Shown one piece after another: positions 63,304 to 64,000 of a DNA stretch of 64,000 bases (the stretch's first letter is position 1; each line of letters opens with the position of its first letter). Origin of the DNA: an uncultured delta proteobacterium (GTDB lineage Bacteria; Myxococcota; Myxococcia; Myxococcales; Myxococcaceae); NCBI GenBank assembly GCA_963771175.1, contig CAVYSY010000032.1, positions 64,001-128,000 of the forward strand. The letters run 5' to 3'. Both the position numbers and the translations under genes were made by a program. A model generated the notes under the pieces. It had not been told where the DNA came from, searched no databases, and saw nothing but the letters and a program-made list of their open reading frames with translations.

Positions 63304-64000
63304 GGCTGGAACACCCCCACGCGCTTGACTTCGGGTTGGAGCTCGACGCCCGCTCCTCGCGCACCCGAGTCTGCATCAGGGTGAGGAGCGAAAGCACGTC
63401 GTGGGCGGTGGCACCGCCCAGGTTGACGATCCAGTTGGCGTGCAGGGTGGACACCTGCGCGCGACCGATGACGTGGCCCTTGAGCCCCACGCTCTCGATG
63501 AGCCGCCCGGCGAAGTCGCCCGGCGGATTGGTGAAGACGCTGCCGAAGTTGGGCTGGCTGAGCGGCTGGCGTGCGCTTGCGGTAGGCGAGGTCCTCGTCC
63601 ATCGCCTTCTTGGACGCCTCGAGGTCCCCCTTGCGCAGCAGGAAGCGCACCCGCGTCACCACGCCGCCCGCGGGCAGCTCCGAGTGCCGGTAGCGGTGCG
63701 GAATCTCCGCCTTGCGGAAGCCACCCCACCCCGTCCGCGGTCGCCACTTCCACCGCCTCCACCACGCGGAAGCACTCGCCGTTCTTGGTGCCCGCGTTCA
63801 TGGTCACCGCGCCGCCCAGGGTGCCGGGGATGCCCGCGAGGAACTCGGCACCCACCAGGCCGTGGGCGCGCATCTGGTTGCAGCAGCCGGACGATGGCCG
63901 CGCCCGCGCCGAGGGTGAGCCTCCCCTCCTCCGCGCCCACGTCGGCCAGCTCGGGGAACAGGTCCCCCGGCAGCTTCACGGTGACGCCCGGAATCCCCGC
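63300..64000 (-). CDS. murB: UDP-N-acetylmuramate dehydrogenase (3' part, indels)
   Basis: [30 protein letters not shown]. Confidence 0.9.

Overview
High-GC myxobacterial DNA (Archangium/Cystobacter-like gene content; inference). Many single-base frameshifts, including in ftsQ, ddl, murB and epmA, point to long-read consensus errors, so most frameshifts are not called pseudogenes. Layout: (1) 1-4.7 kb, a SitA5-like lipoprotein toxin plus immunity gene; the toxin is split at its WLLPEP codons by a ~2.86 kb large-serine-recombinase element with clean junctions. (2) 4.9-42.6 kb, mostly core genes: fxsA, RlmI-like methyltransferase, glycerate kinase, TonB receptor, an NrtR-regulated NAD salvage operon with a textbook NrtR box, ppa, epmA, ABC transporter, ArnT-like GT, FHA/TPR protein, acc genes, ftsZ. 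(3) 42.7-60.0 kb, a ~17.5 kb accessory island between ftsZ and ftsA containing JAB-like, papain-fold and two tandem PD-(D/E)xK toxin/immunity pairs, orphan immunity genes, toxin remnants, an IS66 remnant and a low-GC kinase. Six same-orientation copies of a GTTCGAGTCCTTTGACACC(T/C)TCC-like motif sit in this island, several at cassette junctions. (4) 60-64 kb, ftsA-ftsQ-ddl-murB. The best candidates for an undescribed system are the motif-delimited toxin/immunity array and the recombinase element acting as a possible toxin-gene switch.
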